A stretch of 64,000 nucleotides of DNA, taken from contig CAZWCX010000028.1 of NCBI GenBank assembly GCA_964632945.1, positions 711 to 64,710 on the forward strand, read 5' to 3'. The translations under genes and the position numbers were made by a program. The DNA comes from an uncultured Planctomycetia bacterium. Its GTDB lineage: Bacteria > Planctomycetota > MHYJ01 > WSZJ01 > CAZWCX01. Below are positions 28,522-38,685 of the stretch, one piece after another. The number at the start of each line of letters is the position of its first letter. Position 1 is the first letter of the stretch. Under the pieces are notes generated by a model that made no database searches, was not told the DNA's origin, and was given only the letters and a program-made list of their open reading frames with translations.

Positions 28522-29463
28522 ATGCGTCGATCGGCCTTCGGCTTGGTTGCAGTCCTGGCCGTCCTTGCCGGTCTCCTGGCCGGGTCGTGCCCCGACGCGT
28601 ACGGCCAGGCCCCCGGCGATGCGATCCAGGTGGAGTACAACAATGCCTGGTACCCGGGCACGATCGAGGAGATCAAGCCCTACCTCGGCGCCAACCATTT
28701 CCGGGTCAAGTACACCCAGAGCGGCCAGGACGAGTGGGTGGCGCCGAACCGCGTAGCCCGCCGGGATGATCCGAAGCCGCCTCCGGTGGGCGCCACAACG
28801 GATGCCGCGTCGTTGGCGGTGGGGCAGGAAGTCAGCGTCGAGTACGACGGCCAATGGTATCCCGCGTCGCTGCGGTCCGTGAACCAGGTCTTCGGCGTCA
28901 ACGCCTACGAAATCAAGTTTACGCAGAGCGGCATTGCGGCGTGGGTCGCCCCGAACCGGATTCGATCGACCGGCGGGACCCCGGATGGGGCCTCGGGGGA
29001 GGTGACCAAAAACGGTCGATCGATGCCGATTCGGGATGTCGTGGCGGTTTTCAAGGCGGCCGACAACGAACTGACGGTCGTGCTGGTGCCGATGCCCCTC
29101 ACGCCGGAACAGAGGGAAAAAGTCATCGCCGACGGCGGATCCGCCGTGTACGACTTCCCCACCCCGGATCCCGCCGTGTGGGAGAAGTGTCCGCATGTCC
29201 AGTTGAGCCTCGCGCTGAAGGGCGCGGGAGAATTCGATACCCCGGACGGTGTGGCCTCCTATTGGGTCCTGACCTCCGGAATCGTCTCGACCACGTCGAG
29301 TTCCAGCGTGGCCGTCGGCGGACCGGAAGGCCGGAAGACGCTTGCGAAGATCCGGTACACCGGAGGCTTGCTCGAACTGGTCGCGCGGGGCGAACAGACG
29401 GTGGGCACGGACAAGATCCACTGGGACGTGCGTCTGAAGAGCAAGGTCACGCCGCGGGAGTGA
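28522..29463 (+). CDS. secreted protein with two SH3/Tudor-like repeats
   Basis: Internal ATG with SD gggagg and a signal peptide. Duplicated motif IQVEYNNAWYPGTIEEI / VSVEYDGQWYPASLRSV. Confidence 0.5.
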   Translation: MRRSAFGLVAVLAVLAGLLAGSCPDAYGQAPGDAIQVEYNNAWYPGTIEEIKPYLGANHFRVKYTQSGQDEWVAPNRVARRDDPKPPPVGATTDAASLAVGQEVSVEYDGQWYPASLRSVNQVFGVNAYEIKFTQSGIAAWVAPNRIRSTGGTPDGASGEVTKNGRSMPIRDVVAVFKAADNELTVVLVPMPLTPEQREKVIADGGSAVYDFPTPDPAVWEKCPHVQLSLALKGAGEFDTPDGVASYWVLTSGIVSTTSSSSVAVGGPEGRKTLAKIRYTGGLLELVARGEQTVGTDKIHWDVRLKSKVTPRE

Positions 29464-29770
29464 GCGCGTCGGGGTTGCGCGTCCGCGTCGGCCCCGGGAT
29501 GCGCCTCCGTCCCCGGGTGCCCCCATCTCCACGCCCTGCGGGGCGCCCGGCAGGGAATCCCGCCGGCAAGGCGCCGGTGCCGCGACCCTCGGACCCGGGG
29601 ACTCGGGGGCCGCGCTCTCCTCCTCCCGACGAGCTGCCCCGGCCTCGTCACCCATCCCGCGATTCGGATAGAATGGGGGGGGAGCGCCGGCGTCTCCCGT
29701 CCGGGGCGGGGCCGGCGCGGAACGAGGAATCGGCGCATCCGGCAACGACGCCGGGAATCCGGAGCGCGGC

Positions 29771-30772
29771 ATGACCCCGACCCGAAGCGCTGGCCCGGAA
29801 GGGACCGAGGCCCGTCCGGCCGACACCACCCCGATCCGGATCGGAATCTCCTCCTGTCTTCTCGGGCAGAAGGTGCGCTACGACGGCGGCCACAAGCATG
29901 ACCGCTATCTGACCGACACACTGGGGAACTACTTCGAGTGGGTTCCGGTCTGCCCCGAGGTCGAGATCGGACTCGGCACTCCCCGGGAGCCGATCCGACT
30001 GGTTCGCATCGACGGCGGCGTGCGTCTGGTCGGCACGGCGGCCGTCGGCGACATCACGGAGCGGATGCGCGCCTATTCCCGGCGGCGGGTGGAGCAGTTG
30101 GCCAGGCTCGACCTCTCCGGATACATTCTCAAGAGAGCTTCCCCCAGCTGCGGCATGGCGCGGGTGAAAGTCCATCCCGAGAAAGGGCGCGCCCTCCGCA
30201 ATGGGCGGGGGCTGTTTGCCGAGGCGCTGATGGAGGGACTGCCGCACCTGCCCGTCGAGGAGGAAGGTCGCCTGTGCGACCCCACGTTGCGCGAGAACTG
30301 GGTCGAGCGTGTTTTCGCCTATCACGCGCTCCAGGAATTGTGGCGGCGCCGCTGGACGCTCGGAGACCTGGTGCGCTTCCACACGCGGTACAAGATGGTC
30401 CTCCTCGCACACTCCGAGCGGGAGTATCGCGCGCTGGGCCGGCTTGTGGCCGGGGGGAGGGGGCTCTCGCGCGCGTCGCTGCGGGAGCAGTACGAGGCAG
30501 GCTTCATGTCGGCGATGAGCCGGATCGCGACTCCGCGGAAGAACGCCAACGTGCTCCAGCACATCGCCGGGCATCTCAAGCCGATTCTGGATGGCGATGC
30601 CCGCACCGAATTGGCGACCCTCATCGACGACTACCGGGAGCATCGGGTGCCGCTCATCGTTCCCCTGACGCTGATCCGTCATCACGCGCGGAGTGCGGAC
30701 GTCCCCTATCTCCAGGGGCAGGCCTACCTGGATCCGCACCCGAAGGAGTTGGGGCTGCGCAACCATGTCTGA
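29771..30772 (+). CDS. ybgA: DUF523/DUF1722 (YbgA-family) protein
   Basis: IRIGISSCLLGQKVRYDGGHK N-terminal DUF523 plus a C-terminal DUF1722. Canonical partner of the photolyase gene downstream. Confidence 0.75.
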   Translation: MTPTRSAGPEGTEARPADTTPIRIGISSCLLGQKVRYDGGHKHDRYLTDTLGNYFEWVPVCPEVEIGLGTPREPIRLVRIDGGVRLVGTAAVGDITERMRAYSRRRVEQLARLDLSGYILKRASPSCGMARVKVHPEKGRALRNGRGLFAEALMEGLPHLPVEEEGRLCDPTLRENWVERVFAYHALQELWRRRWTLGDLVRFHTRYKMVLLAHSEREYRALGRLVAGGRGLSRASLREQYEAGFMSAMSRIATPRKNANVLQHIAGHLKPILDGDARTELATLIDDYREHRVPLIVPLTLIRHHARSADVPYLQGQAYLDPHPKELGLRNHV

Positions 30773-32249
30773 CCCGGTCGCGCATTCGCGGGTTCCCGCC
30801 CTCCGCGTGCGGACGGCGCGCGAGGACGCCGTCGACCCGCAGGGGGACTACGTCCTCCACTGGATGACGGGGTTCCGGCGCACGGAGTGGAACTTCAGCC
30901 TGCAACGGGCCATGGAATGGGCGCGCGCGCTCCACCGACCGCTCCTCGTGCTCGAGGCGCTTCGCTGCGACTATCCGTGGGCGAGCGACCGGCATCATGC
31001 CTTCATCGCGCGCGGCATGGCCGACAACGCGAGCCGGCTCGAGCGCGCCGGGGTCGGGACGTATCCGTACCTCGAGCCGAAACCGGGCGCGGGCCGGGGG
31101 CTGTTGGAACGTCTCGCGCGGCGCGCCTGCGTCGTCGTCGGCGATGACCATCCCGGCTTCTTCCTGCCGCGCATGCGGCAGGCGGCCGAGCGGGTGATCC
31201 GGGTGCGAACCGAGTGGGTGGACGCCAACGGCCTCCTGCCGCTGCGGGCTACGGATCGCGTGTACACCCGGGCGTTCGACTTCCGTCGGTTCCTCCAGCG
31301 GACCCTGCGTGGGCATCTGGCGGCGTTGCCCGCGGCGGATCCGCTGCGCGGACGGCGGCTTCCGCCCCCCCCGGCGATCTCGAAGGGAATCCTGTACCGG
31401 TGGCCCCCGGCCCGGCTCGAAGATCTCCGGGAAGGGTCGAGTCGAATGGCGGATCTGCCGATCGACCACGCGGTGCGCCCCGCCGCGCAGCGCGGCGGCC
31501 CACGCGCCGCGCGGCGGGCGCTGCGACGCTTCGTCCGGGAGCGGCTCGCGCAGTACGCCGGCAAACGCAACGAACCCGAAGAGGAGGTCACCAGCGGCTT
31601 GTCTCCCTACCTCCACTACGGGCACATCTCCACGCACGAGGTGGTGCGGGCGGTTCTCGACCGGGAAGACTGGACGGTGGATCGGATCGCCCCCTCGGCC
31701 GCCGGCGGCGCGCGCGGGTGGTGGGGCGCATCGGTCGACGCGGAGGCCTTCCTCGATCAGCTCATCACCTGGCGCGAGCTCGGCTTCAACCTGGCATGGC
31801 AGCGGGACGATGGGGAGCAGTACGGTTCGCTGCCCGCCTGGGCGTTGCGCACGCTGGGGGCCCATGCCCGCGACCCGCGTGATCCGTGCTATCGCCCGGA
31901 TCGGTTCGAGGCCGCCGATACGCACGATCCGCTCTGGAATGCCGCCCAGCGCCAGCTCCTTCGCGAGGGGCGGATCCACAATTACCTGCGCATGCTGTGG
32001 GGGAAGAAGATCCTCGAGTGGTCTTCCGGCCCCGCGCAAGCGCTCGAGACGATGCTCGATCTCAACAACAAGTACGCTCTCGACGGTCGCGACCCGAACA
32101 GCACGAGCGGGATCTTCTGGTGTCTGGGCCGGTATGACCGACCCTGGGGACCGGAGCGGGCGATCTTCGGCACGGTCCGGTACATGAGCAGCCGGAACAC
32201 CGCGCGCAAGGTGCGGGTACGGGGGTACCTGGCGCGGTACGCGCCGTAG
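30765..32249 (+). CDS. phr: class II CPD deoxyribodipyrimidine photolyase
   Basis: C-terminal RIHNYLRMLWGKKILEW and the FAD-binding region. Internal Met MSDPVAHSRV overlaps the ybgA end. Confidence 0.8.
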   Translation: MSDPVAHSRVPALRVRTAREDAVDPQGDYVLHWMTGFRRTEWNFSLQRAMEWARALHRPLLVLEALRCDYPWASDRHHAFIARGMADNASRLERAGVGTYPYLEPKPGAGRGLLERLARRACVVVGDDHPGFFLPRMRQAAERVIRVRTEWVDANGLLPLRATDRVYTRAFDFRRFLQRTLRGHLAALPAADPLRGRRLPPPPAISKGILYRWPPARLEDLREGSSRMADLPIDHAVRPAAQRGGPRAARRALRRFVRERLAQYAGKRNEPEEEVTSGLSPYLHYGHISTHEVVRAVLDREDWTVDRIAPSAAGGARGWWGASVDAEAFLDQLITWRELGFNLAWQRDDGEQYGSLPAWALRTLGAHARDPRDPCYRPDRFEAADTHDPLWNAAQRQLLREGRIHNYLRMLWGKKILEWSSGPAQALETMLDLNNKYALDGRDPNSTSGIFWCLGRYDRPWGPERAIFGTVRYMSSRNTARKVRVRGYLARYAP

Positions 32250-32366
32250 CCGGGCCCGGCCGCGACCGAAAGGAGTCGCGCGCGGGCGTCGAATCCGAGA
32301 ACGGCGGGGAGGGCTGGGTCCCCTCCGGGACGCCGATCCCCGGGCGAGTCGGGCGGGTCGCCCGGT

Positions 32367-32762
32367 TCAGGCCGCATCCGCCCCGGGCATGGGCTCCGGG
32401 GCAGTTCGCAGCACCGCGAAGAGGATGGTCAGGCCCACCGCGATGGCGATCAGCCCGACGCGGGCCCAGCCGCCCTGGACGAAAAACGCGGCCGAGGTGC
32501 CGATCGATGCCCACACGAGCAGGGTGGCAACCACCTTGGCCCGCCGGGACATGGCGCGCTGCTCCTGCCAGTGGCGCACATGATGGCGAAAGGCGCTCTC
32601 CTCCAGGAGCCAGCGATGGAGGCGCGGGGAACTTCGCACGAAGCAGGCGGAGGCGAGGAGGAAGAACGGCGTCGCCGGCAGGAGGGGCAGCACCACTCCC
32701 GCGACGCCCACACCGACGAAGAAGATTCCTGCTCCGGTGAGGAGCCAGCGGGTGAGGATCAT
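32367..32762 (-). CDS. YbaN/DUF454 inner-membrane protein
   Basis: ...LPLLPATPFFLLASACFVRSSPRLHRWLLE... matches the DUF454 signature. Confidence 0.7.
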   Translation of the reverse strand: MILTRWLLTGAGIFFVGVGVAGVVLPLLPATPFFLLASACFVRSSPRLHRWLLEESAFRHHVRHWQEQRAMSRRAKVVATLLVWASIGTSAAFFVQGGWARVGLIAIAVGLTILFAVLRTAPEPMPGADAA

Positions 32763-33152
32763 CGGGTCGCGAATCCAAAGGTCGTTCTGCCCGGAGAGTA
32801 GTCCCATCGCGGGCGGAAGTCAACCCCCGGATTCGCCCCGGGTCTTGCGGCCGGGCTTTTTCCCACCGTCCCGGGGCCGGGGCGGCGTGGCGGCGCCGCG
32901 TCCGGTCGGACGGATGAGGGATCCGAGCGGCGCGGGCGAGGCGGATCCTTCGGAAGGTCCCGGGGTGGCGCGGGAGAGATCCCGCGGCATTTCCGGGCAG
33001 CGGGAGCCCGACGGGGTCCCCATCCACGGCGCGGAGGAGCCGGCCGCGAGTGCCACGGCGGGGGGCTCGTCTTCGTCACCCCCGGAGGCAAGGGGAGCGG
33101 CGACCGTGAGGCCGCCGCTCCGCAGCGGTGCTTCGACTCGCGGGGGGGGGCG

Positions 33153-33659
33153 CTATCCGCCGCGCACGGCGTCGCAGGCCTTGGCGCACGCCTCGCACGA
33201 CTCCATGCACTGCTTGCATGCCTCATGGTGGCCGGCGTGCGGCTTGCACATCGCGGCGCAGTCGCGACAGATGTCGCCGCATACGGCCGCCAGGCGCTGA
33301 ATGCGGTCGGCGGCCGCGGTCCCATACGAGGCCACTTTCGCCAGCGCTCCGCAGAGCGCCAGCATGTTCAGCACCGCCTTGTTGCAGTCCCCCATGAGCT
33401 TGTTGCCGGCGGCCAGCGATTCGGCGCAGTGGCGAAGGCAATCCTCGCCGGTCTTCAGACAATGAAAGGTCGAGTCCACGACGGCCTTCAAGCCCCCGGT
33501 TGCCGGGCCTCCCTTCGGGTGCTCGCCCTTCGGGTGGTCTCCCTTCGGATGGTCCCCCTTCGGGTGATCGCCGCCCGGGTGCTCCTGTCCGATCGCCTTA
33601 CCGGCTGCGGCAAGCCCGGCCATGACTCCCGCGGTGGCAAGAAACGTGCGACGGTCCAT
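33153..33659 (-). CDS. Tat-exported Cys-rich four-helix-bundle (Csp-like copper storage) protein with N-terminal HPKG repeats
   Basis: Twin-arginine signal MDRRTFLATAG, repeats EHPGGDHPKGDHPKGDHPKGEHPKG, then ~18 Cys in a four-helix-bundle spacing (DUF326/Csp-like). Confidence 0.65.
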   Translation of the reverse strand: MDRRTFLATAGVMAGLAAAGKAIGQEHPGGDHPKGDHPKGDHPKGEHPKGGPATGGLKAVVDSTFHCLKTGEDCLRHCAESLAAGNKLMGDCNKAVLNMLALCGALAKVASYGTAAADRIQRLAAVCGDICRDCAAMCKPHAGHHEACKQCMESCEACAKACDAVRGG

Positions 33660-33898
33660 GGGTAGTCCTCCTACGGATGTTGTTGCGATCCTCTGCCATT
33701 ACGATAGTCGGAGCCGGGCGGGGGGACAAGGAGATGTGGTGCCGCCGCGTGTGGGCGTCGCGGGGGGATGCGCGGGCCGGAACGGAGACGGGGGATGACC
33801 GGTTCCCGGGCTCGACGATCCCGCTGCGTCGGGGCCCGGACCGCCCCGCCTGCGCCGGCACCGGTCGGCCGGGACCCGGGATCCGCATGCGGGTGCGG

Positions 33899-35101
33899 TC
33901 AGTGGCCGGTCCCCGGCGGGGGTGCAAACGCGCCCGACGGCCCATCGGGCCCTGCCTGCGGAGGGGGCTTCCTCCGGAGGCCGCGCCCATTGCCGTTCGT
34001 CCCCGCGCGCCTCGTGCCTGCGCGCCGCCTGCCGGGGCGGAGCGTGGAGGCCGGGAGATCCCCATCGCCCGCGGCTGCTTTCGATCCACCGGCCGGATAC
34101 GCGGAGGCGGCGTGGTGCAACTCGCGGGACACCCGCTCGACCAATTCGGCCGGCTCGCGGACGCGCGCGAGCGCGCCGAAGCCCAGGATCCAGCGCATGA
34201 CGTCCTCCAGTCCGACCACGCGCATCTCGAGCAGGACGCGGCCGCCCGCGAGCGACTTCAGGCGCTGGGTGGGATGCCATTCGCGTTCGCGCACGCGCTG
34301 GGCCGCTTCGCGGGCGAATTCCACGAGCACCCGGTGGGCCTGCGTCGCGTTCGGATCCCGGTAGATGCCGAAGCACTCGCGCACATACGCGTCCGGGTCG
34401 AAACCGGCCGGCAGGTCGAAGTGCTCTTCGCGCAGGCGCGCGTCCATGACCCGGTCGATCGCGAAGGTGCGCATGCCTTCGCGCAGCTCGCTCCAGCCCA
34501 TCGCGTAGAGCGCACCGTCGCACCAGGTCATCAAGTAGGGCCGGTACACATGCCGGTCGGTGCTGCGGCGGCCGTAGGCGCGATATCCCACCTCCACCTT
34601 GCGGCGTTCCGCGACCGCTTGCTGAAGCGTCTCGATGGTCCGCGCGTGCCGCTGATAGGGCTTGCCCGGCATCGGCTTGGCCAGGAGCGCGATCCGCGCG
34701 CGTTCCACATGCTCGAGGGCATGCACCGGAAGGGCCATTTCGATCCGCTGCAGCGCGGTATCGATCCCCTCCTTCATCGGCGTGCCCGAAAGGCCGCGCA
34801 TCATGCGACTGGCGAAGTGCAGCGAGAGCAGTTCCCCCAGGGTGAACGGGATGTTCCGTTCGCGCAGTCCCGGGGGAATGCGGACGCGGATCTCGCGGGA
34901 ATCGGGGTCGCGATCCCGCTCCAGGACGAATCCGACGCGCCCCAGGACGGCAAGGTCGCGGCGTATCGTGCGCGCGTGCACCTCCAGGTCGCGCGAGAGC
35001 TCGTCCAGGGTCGCGCCGTACCGCCTTGCGCTGAGGGCGATCAGCAGGCGCCACTGGCGCACGGTCTGCTCGCCGCGGTCCGCATCCGGCGTCATCTTCA
35101 T
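33899..35101 (-). CDS. WYL-domain transcriptional regulator (HTH-WYL)
   Basis: N-terminal wHTH (ATLDELSRDLEVHARTIRRDLAVL), a WYL domain (YRPYLMTWCDGALYAMGWSELREGMRTFAIDRV) and a low-complexity C-terminal tail. Internal Met MKMTPD. Confidence 0.75.
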   Translation of the reverse strand: MKMTPDADRGEQTVRQWRLLIALSARRYGATLDELSRDLEVHARTIRRDLAVLGRVGFVLERDRDPDSREIRVRIPPGLRERNIPFTLGELLSLHFASRMMRGLSGTPMKEGIDTALQRIEMALPVHALEHVERARIALLAKPMPGKPYQRHARTIETLQQAVAERRKVEVGYRAYGRRSTDRHVYRPYLMTWCDGALYAMGWSELREGMRTFAIDRVMDARLREEHFDLPAGFDPDAYVRECFGIYRDPNATQAHRVLVEFAREAAQRVREREWHPTQRLKSLAGGRVLLEMRVVGLEDVMRWILGFGALARVREPAELVERVSRELHHAASAYPAGGSKAAAGDGDLPASTLRPGRRRAGTRRAGTNGNGRGLRRKPPPQAGPDGPSGAFAPPPGTGH

Positions 35102-35560
35102 CGACGGGCCTCCCGATCCAGGCAAGGGGGTCGTTGAGGGTCGATTCCGTGTTTCCATCGTGGGGACGGTCCGCGCGCCGGATTGCATCCGCCCGGACCC
35201 CGCATCGGGATTGCCCAGGGGGGGACGCCCCCCCATCGAGCGCAGGGAGCTACCCGGATTTCGCCGATCACGCCCGCGCCGCGGTCCCGGCCTCCGCCGC
35301 CAGGCGGCCGGCAGGGGAATCCCGATCCGACGGGCGCCATTTCCCGTGCCCGCGTTCCGAATAGATCGTAACTTTCCATCGGGCTGCGCCGCAAGTTTCG
35401 TCGTCCATGGATCTCGGAGGCTCCCGGCGCCTTCGCGACCGCGGGTTCTCCCGCCTGCGCCCCCGCGCAGCGCCGCAGGAGCGGAACGTACGTTCCACCG
35501 GGTGCTCGCGCCGGGTCGGGCGCCGCTTCATCGGACACCGGGCCTCCGCGGCCTTCAGGG

Positions 35561-36733
35561 TCATCCCCCGGCCGGACCCGCGGCCGGGAGCCGCCGCGGC
35601 AACCCGTCTTCGCCCAACCTTGATTCCATCGCGGCCTTGGCGGCGGCGCGCTGTTGCTCCGTCTCGCGCACCTTCTCCTCCACCCGATCCGACTCGCGCG
35701 CCGTGGCGTCTGCGCGCGCCCCGGACTTGCGCGCCTTGCCGGCGATCGCGTTCATCTGGTCGGCGAGCGAACTCCGGCGGCGGACCACTCGCTCGTACTC
35801 CTGTCCGATCGCCCGGAGGCGGCGCTGATGGACCCAGAACTCCTGCCAGGCGCCGGTATTGACCTCGGTGCTGCGCACGACCACGCGCCCGTCCACGGTC
35901 AACCAGTTGCCGTACGCGTCCTGCACCAGGCCGTGCATTTCGGCTTGCGTGAGTTGGGTCGAGCCCGTGCGGCCGAGCGCCGCCGTGGCGGCGGCGTAGG
36001 TCTTCTCGCCATCCTGTTCCAATTCCACCAGGCGGGCGCCCAGGGATTCGTATTCCGCGGCCAGCGGGTTGTAATCGGCGGCGTGCTCACCGAGGACACC
36101 CTGCTGGTAGTCGGCCCGCTTGCGCAGCTTCTCCAGGTCCGATCGCGCCGCGTCGTATGCGTGGTCGGCGCGGGCGAACTCCTTGGTCACCCACGCGCCT
36201 TTCCACCGCTGAAAGCCCTTCGGCGTCCAGAACTCGTCCTCGGTCAGCCAGCCCTCCTCGGGAAACAGGCGGTAGCCGAGACGGTGCGCGAGTTTCTTCG
36301 CCTCCGGGACTTCGGGGGCCTCGCCGGCGCGCGTGAGCACGTGCACGAGGTGCCTGCCCGCCTCCAACTTGAGGTCCTTGGTGGCACACCACTGGGCGAG
36401 CGCCAGGTGGCCCGGCCAGTCGGCGTCGGGGACCTGCCCGCGGCGGTTCGCATACTCCTCCCGCGGGGCGAGCGTCCGCTCCACCGAGATCACGTCCTTG
36501 CGGGAGATCTTCGTTTTCACCTTCCCGATCGCGCGTTCCATTTCGAGCAGGACATGGTCCTCGGTCTCTTCGAGGATGGTGCCTTCCAGGGTGCGGCCGT
36601 CGCGGGTCTTGACCAGGTCGCCCGCCGCGGGCGGGGACAGGATTGCCGCGAGCCCCGTCCACAGGATGCAGGCGAGGACGATCCGGCAGAGAAACGATCC
36701 CGGGAAGGCGCGGGGATGGGGGTGATCGAACAT
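35561..36733 (-). CDS. secreted hypothetical protein (390 aa)
   Basis: Internal Met MFDHPHP followed by a hydrophobic signal. The coiled-coil C-terminal region is on the right reading strand. Confidence 0.45.
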   Translation of the reverse strand: MFDHPHPRAFPGSFLCRIVLACILWTGLAAILSPPAAGDLVKTRDGRTLEGTILEETEDHVLLEMERAIGKVKTKISRKDVISVERTLAPREEYANRRGQVPDADWPGHLALAQWCATKDLKLEAGRHLVHVLTRAGEAPEVPEAKKLAHRLGYRLFPEEGWLTEDEFWTPKGFQRWKGAWVTKEFARADHAYDAARSDLEKLRKRADYQQGVLGEHAADYNPLAAEYESLGARLVELEQDGEKTYAAATAALGRTGSTQLTQAEMHGLVQDAYGNWLTVDGRVVVRSTEVNTGAWQEFWVHQRRLRAIGQEYERVVRRRSSLADQMNAIAGKARKSGARADATARESDRVEEKVRETEQQRAAAKAAMESRLGEDGLPRRLPAAGPAGG

Positions 36734-36981
36734 CGGGCTCCTCCAGGCTGGGACGATGCGGGGAGCGGCGCACCGGCACCGCCTGGAGAAGAAGGATAGC
36801 CGCCGTGCGGGACAGGATGGGTCCCGCACCGGAAAAATATCCGCAGGAAAATCCACGCGCTCTTCCGGCGGTCGTCCGGACGACCGGCGGACGAGCAGGG
36901 GGTGCGCCTGCCCGGGCCGGATCCCGGCCCGAGCCGGCGGTCGGCGGGGCGAACGTCGGCCGAAGGGAGGGGCCTGCGCGG

Positions 36982-37905
36982 TCAGCGGTCCTTCAGGGGC
37001 ACGATGGTTCCCGATTCCGCGGTTCTGGTTTCGCCCCCGGAGAGGGTGACGGTGGCGAGGGAGCCGCACAACGCTTCCACACGGGCGGGGACCCACGGGA
37101 CGTGATGGGCGAAAAAAGTGAATCGGTAAAGGACGATGTCGCCGGACTTCCAGCCGATGGACTGGTTCGCCGGAGGGGCCGGGCAGACGAGCGCCGCGTC
37201 GACGGTGATTTCCTCGTCCTGCGGCCCGTCGGCGCCCACCGTGACCATGCGGACCTTGCCGCCGGAGAATTCTTTCACCAGGCCCTCGCTGAAACACGTG
37301 TGCTTGTCGCCCTCCAGGGTCCAGGCGTAGAGGACGGCGTCGCCGGGCTTGACGGCGGCACCGAGGGTCCGGGGGATCTTGGACGCCGTGGTCTCCTGGA
37401 TCCCTGTCAGGTCCTGACCGCGGTCCCAGCGGGTCTGGGCTTCCGCCCGCCAGGTCTCCGGCAGATCGAGGACGAGGCACGACTCCTCCTGCCCGCCGAA
37501 GTTCACGACGAGCGTGGACTCCTCGGTCCACTCCTCGAGGCGGCGCGGCAACCAGGCGTGATCGTACTGCGCCAACACGAGTTCTCCGGGCTTCGTCGCC
37601 GGCGCCGCGGCGAAGTCCGGCATGGCGACGACGTCGGTCGCCGGCAGCAGGACCTCCTCGCGCGGAGGTTCCCCCCCCTCTTCGGCGGGATAGGGTCCGG
37701 TGACGATGGAGACCTTGACCTTGTCGCCGGGCGCCTCGACGACCGTGGCGGTGACGAACATGTCGCGCCAGCGCGCGACCACTTCGTCGCCGGCCGTGTA
37801 GGTCGCCTGGGGTTCGCCCCGCGGGCCGACCAGGAGGGAGAGGCTCGTCGCCACGGCGAGCGCGAGAAGGATGGAGGCGACCTGGGAACGGAAGGGCGTC
37901 GGCAT
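36982..37905 (-). CDS. secreted hypothetical protein (307 aa)
   Basis: Internal Met MPTPFRSQVASILLALAVA is a signal peptide. Confidence 0.45.
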   Translation of the reverse strand: MPTPFRSQVASILLALAVATSLSLLVGPRGEPQATYTAGDEVVARWRDMFVTATVVEAPGDKVKVSIVTGPYPAEEGGEPPREEVLLPATDVVAMPDFAAAPATKPGELVLAQYDHAWLPRRLEEWTEESTLVVNFGGQEESCLVLDLPETWRAEAQTRWDRGQDLTGIQETTASKIPRTLGAAVKPGDAVLYAWTLEGDKHTCFSEGLVKEFSGGKVRMVTVGADGPQDEEITVDAALVCPAPPANQSIGWKSGDIVLYRFTFFAHHVPWVPARVEALCGSLATVTLSGGETRTAESGTIVPLKDR

Positions 37906-38183
37906 GGAAGGATCTCTCCCAATGGGCGGGCGCACCCCGGAGGGATGGGGGAGGAGCATCCGCAGAAGATACGTTTGACGGCATGGGCGGGTCAAGCGAC
38001 AGCCGGAGGCCCGCTTCCACGGCCATCCATTCGCGGGGAGTCCCCGGCCGGTGCGCGAGCGGAGGCTCGGGGTCTGCGGAAGACGGGGTGGAGTGTCCCG
38101 CGACGGGCCATTCCGGCGCGGGCCGGCGCGGCCGGCGCCCCCCCGGAGCGGCGCCGGTTGCGGGCCCGGACTCCGCAGCCGCT

Positions 38184-38585
38184 TCAGGGGAGAACGGCGG
38201 TGGCCTCGATCTCCATCTTCGCGCCGGGTTCGATCAATCCCTTCACCTCGATCAGCGACATGGCCGGAAAGTGGCGCCCCATGACGGAGCGATACGCCTC
38301 GCCGACGGCGCGGGTCTGCGCCAGGTACTCCCGCTTGTCGGTCACGAAGATGGTCAGACGGGCCACGTGTTCCGGCGCGCCCCCGGCCTGGCGAACGACT
38401 TCGACCACGTTGGCGAGCGACTGTCGGAACTGTCCGGGGAAGTCGTCGCCGACGATCTGCTGATCGCGATTCCAGGCGACCTGGCCGGCGACGAACAGGA
38501 GGCGTCCGCCCGCCGGGGCAAGCATGCCGTTGGAATACCCCTTGGGGAAGCCGAGGGACTCGGGATTGATGGCCTGGAGCGTCAT
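38184..38585 (-). CDS. ridA: RidA/YjgF-family deaminase
   Basis: 133 aa matching the RidA family throughout (GQVAW...IFVTD...IEVKGL). Confidence 0.8.
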   Translation of the reverse strand: MTLQAINPESLGFPKGYSNGMLAPAGGRLLFVAGQVAWNRDQQIVGDDFPGQFRQSLANVVEVVRQAGGAPEHVARLTIFVTDKREYLAQTRAVGEAYRSVMGRHFPAMSLIEVKGLIEPGAKMEIEATAVLP

Positions 38586-38685
38586 GCGACAAGTCCTCCG
38601 CGGTCAGAAACGGGGGGGGAGCGCGTCGATCCGTCCAGCCCCCGGTATCGGGCCGGGACCAGGCGGGACCGGAAGGACGAGCCGG

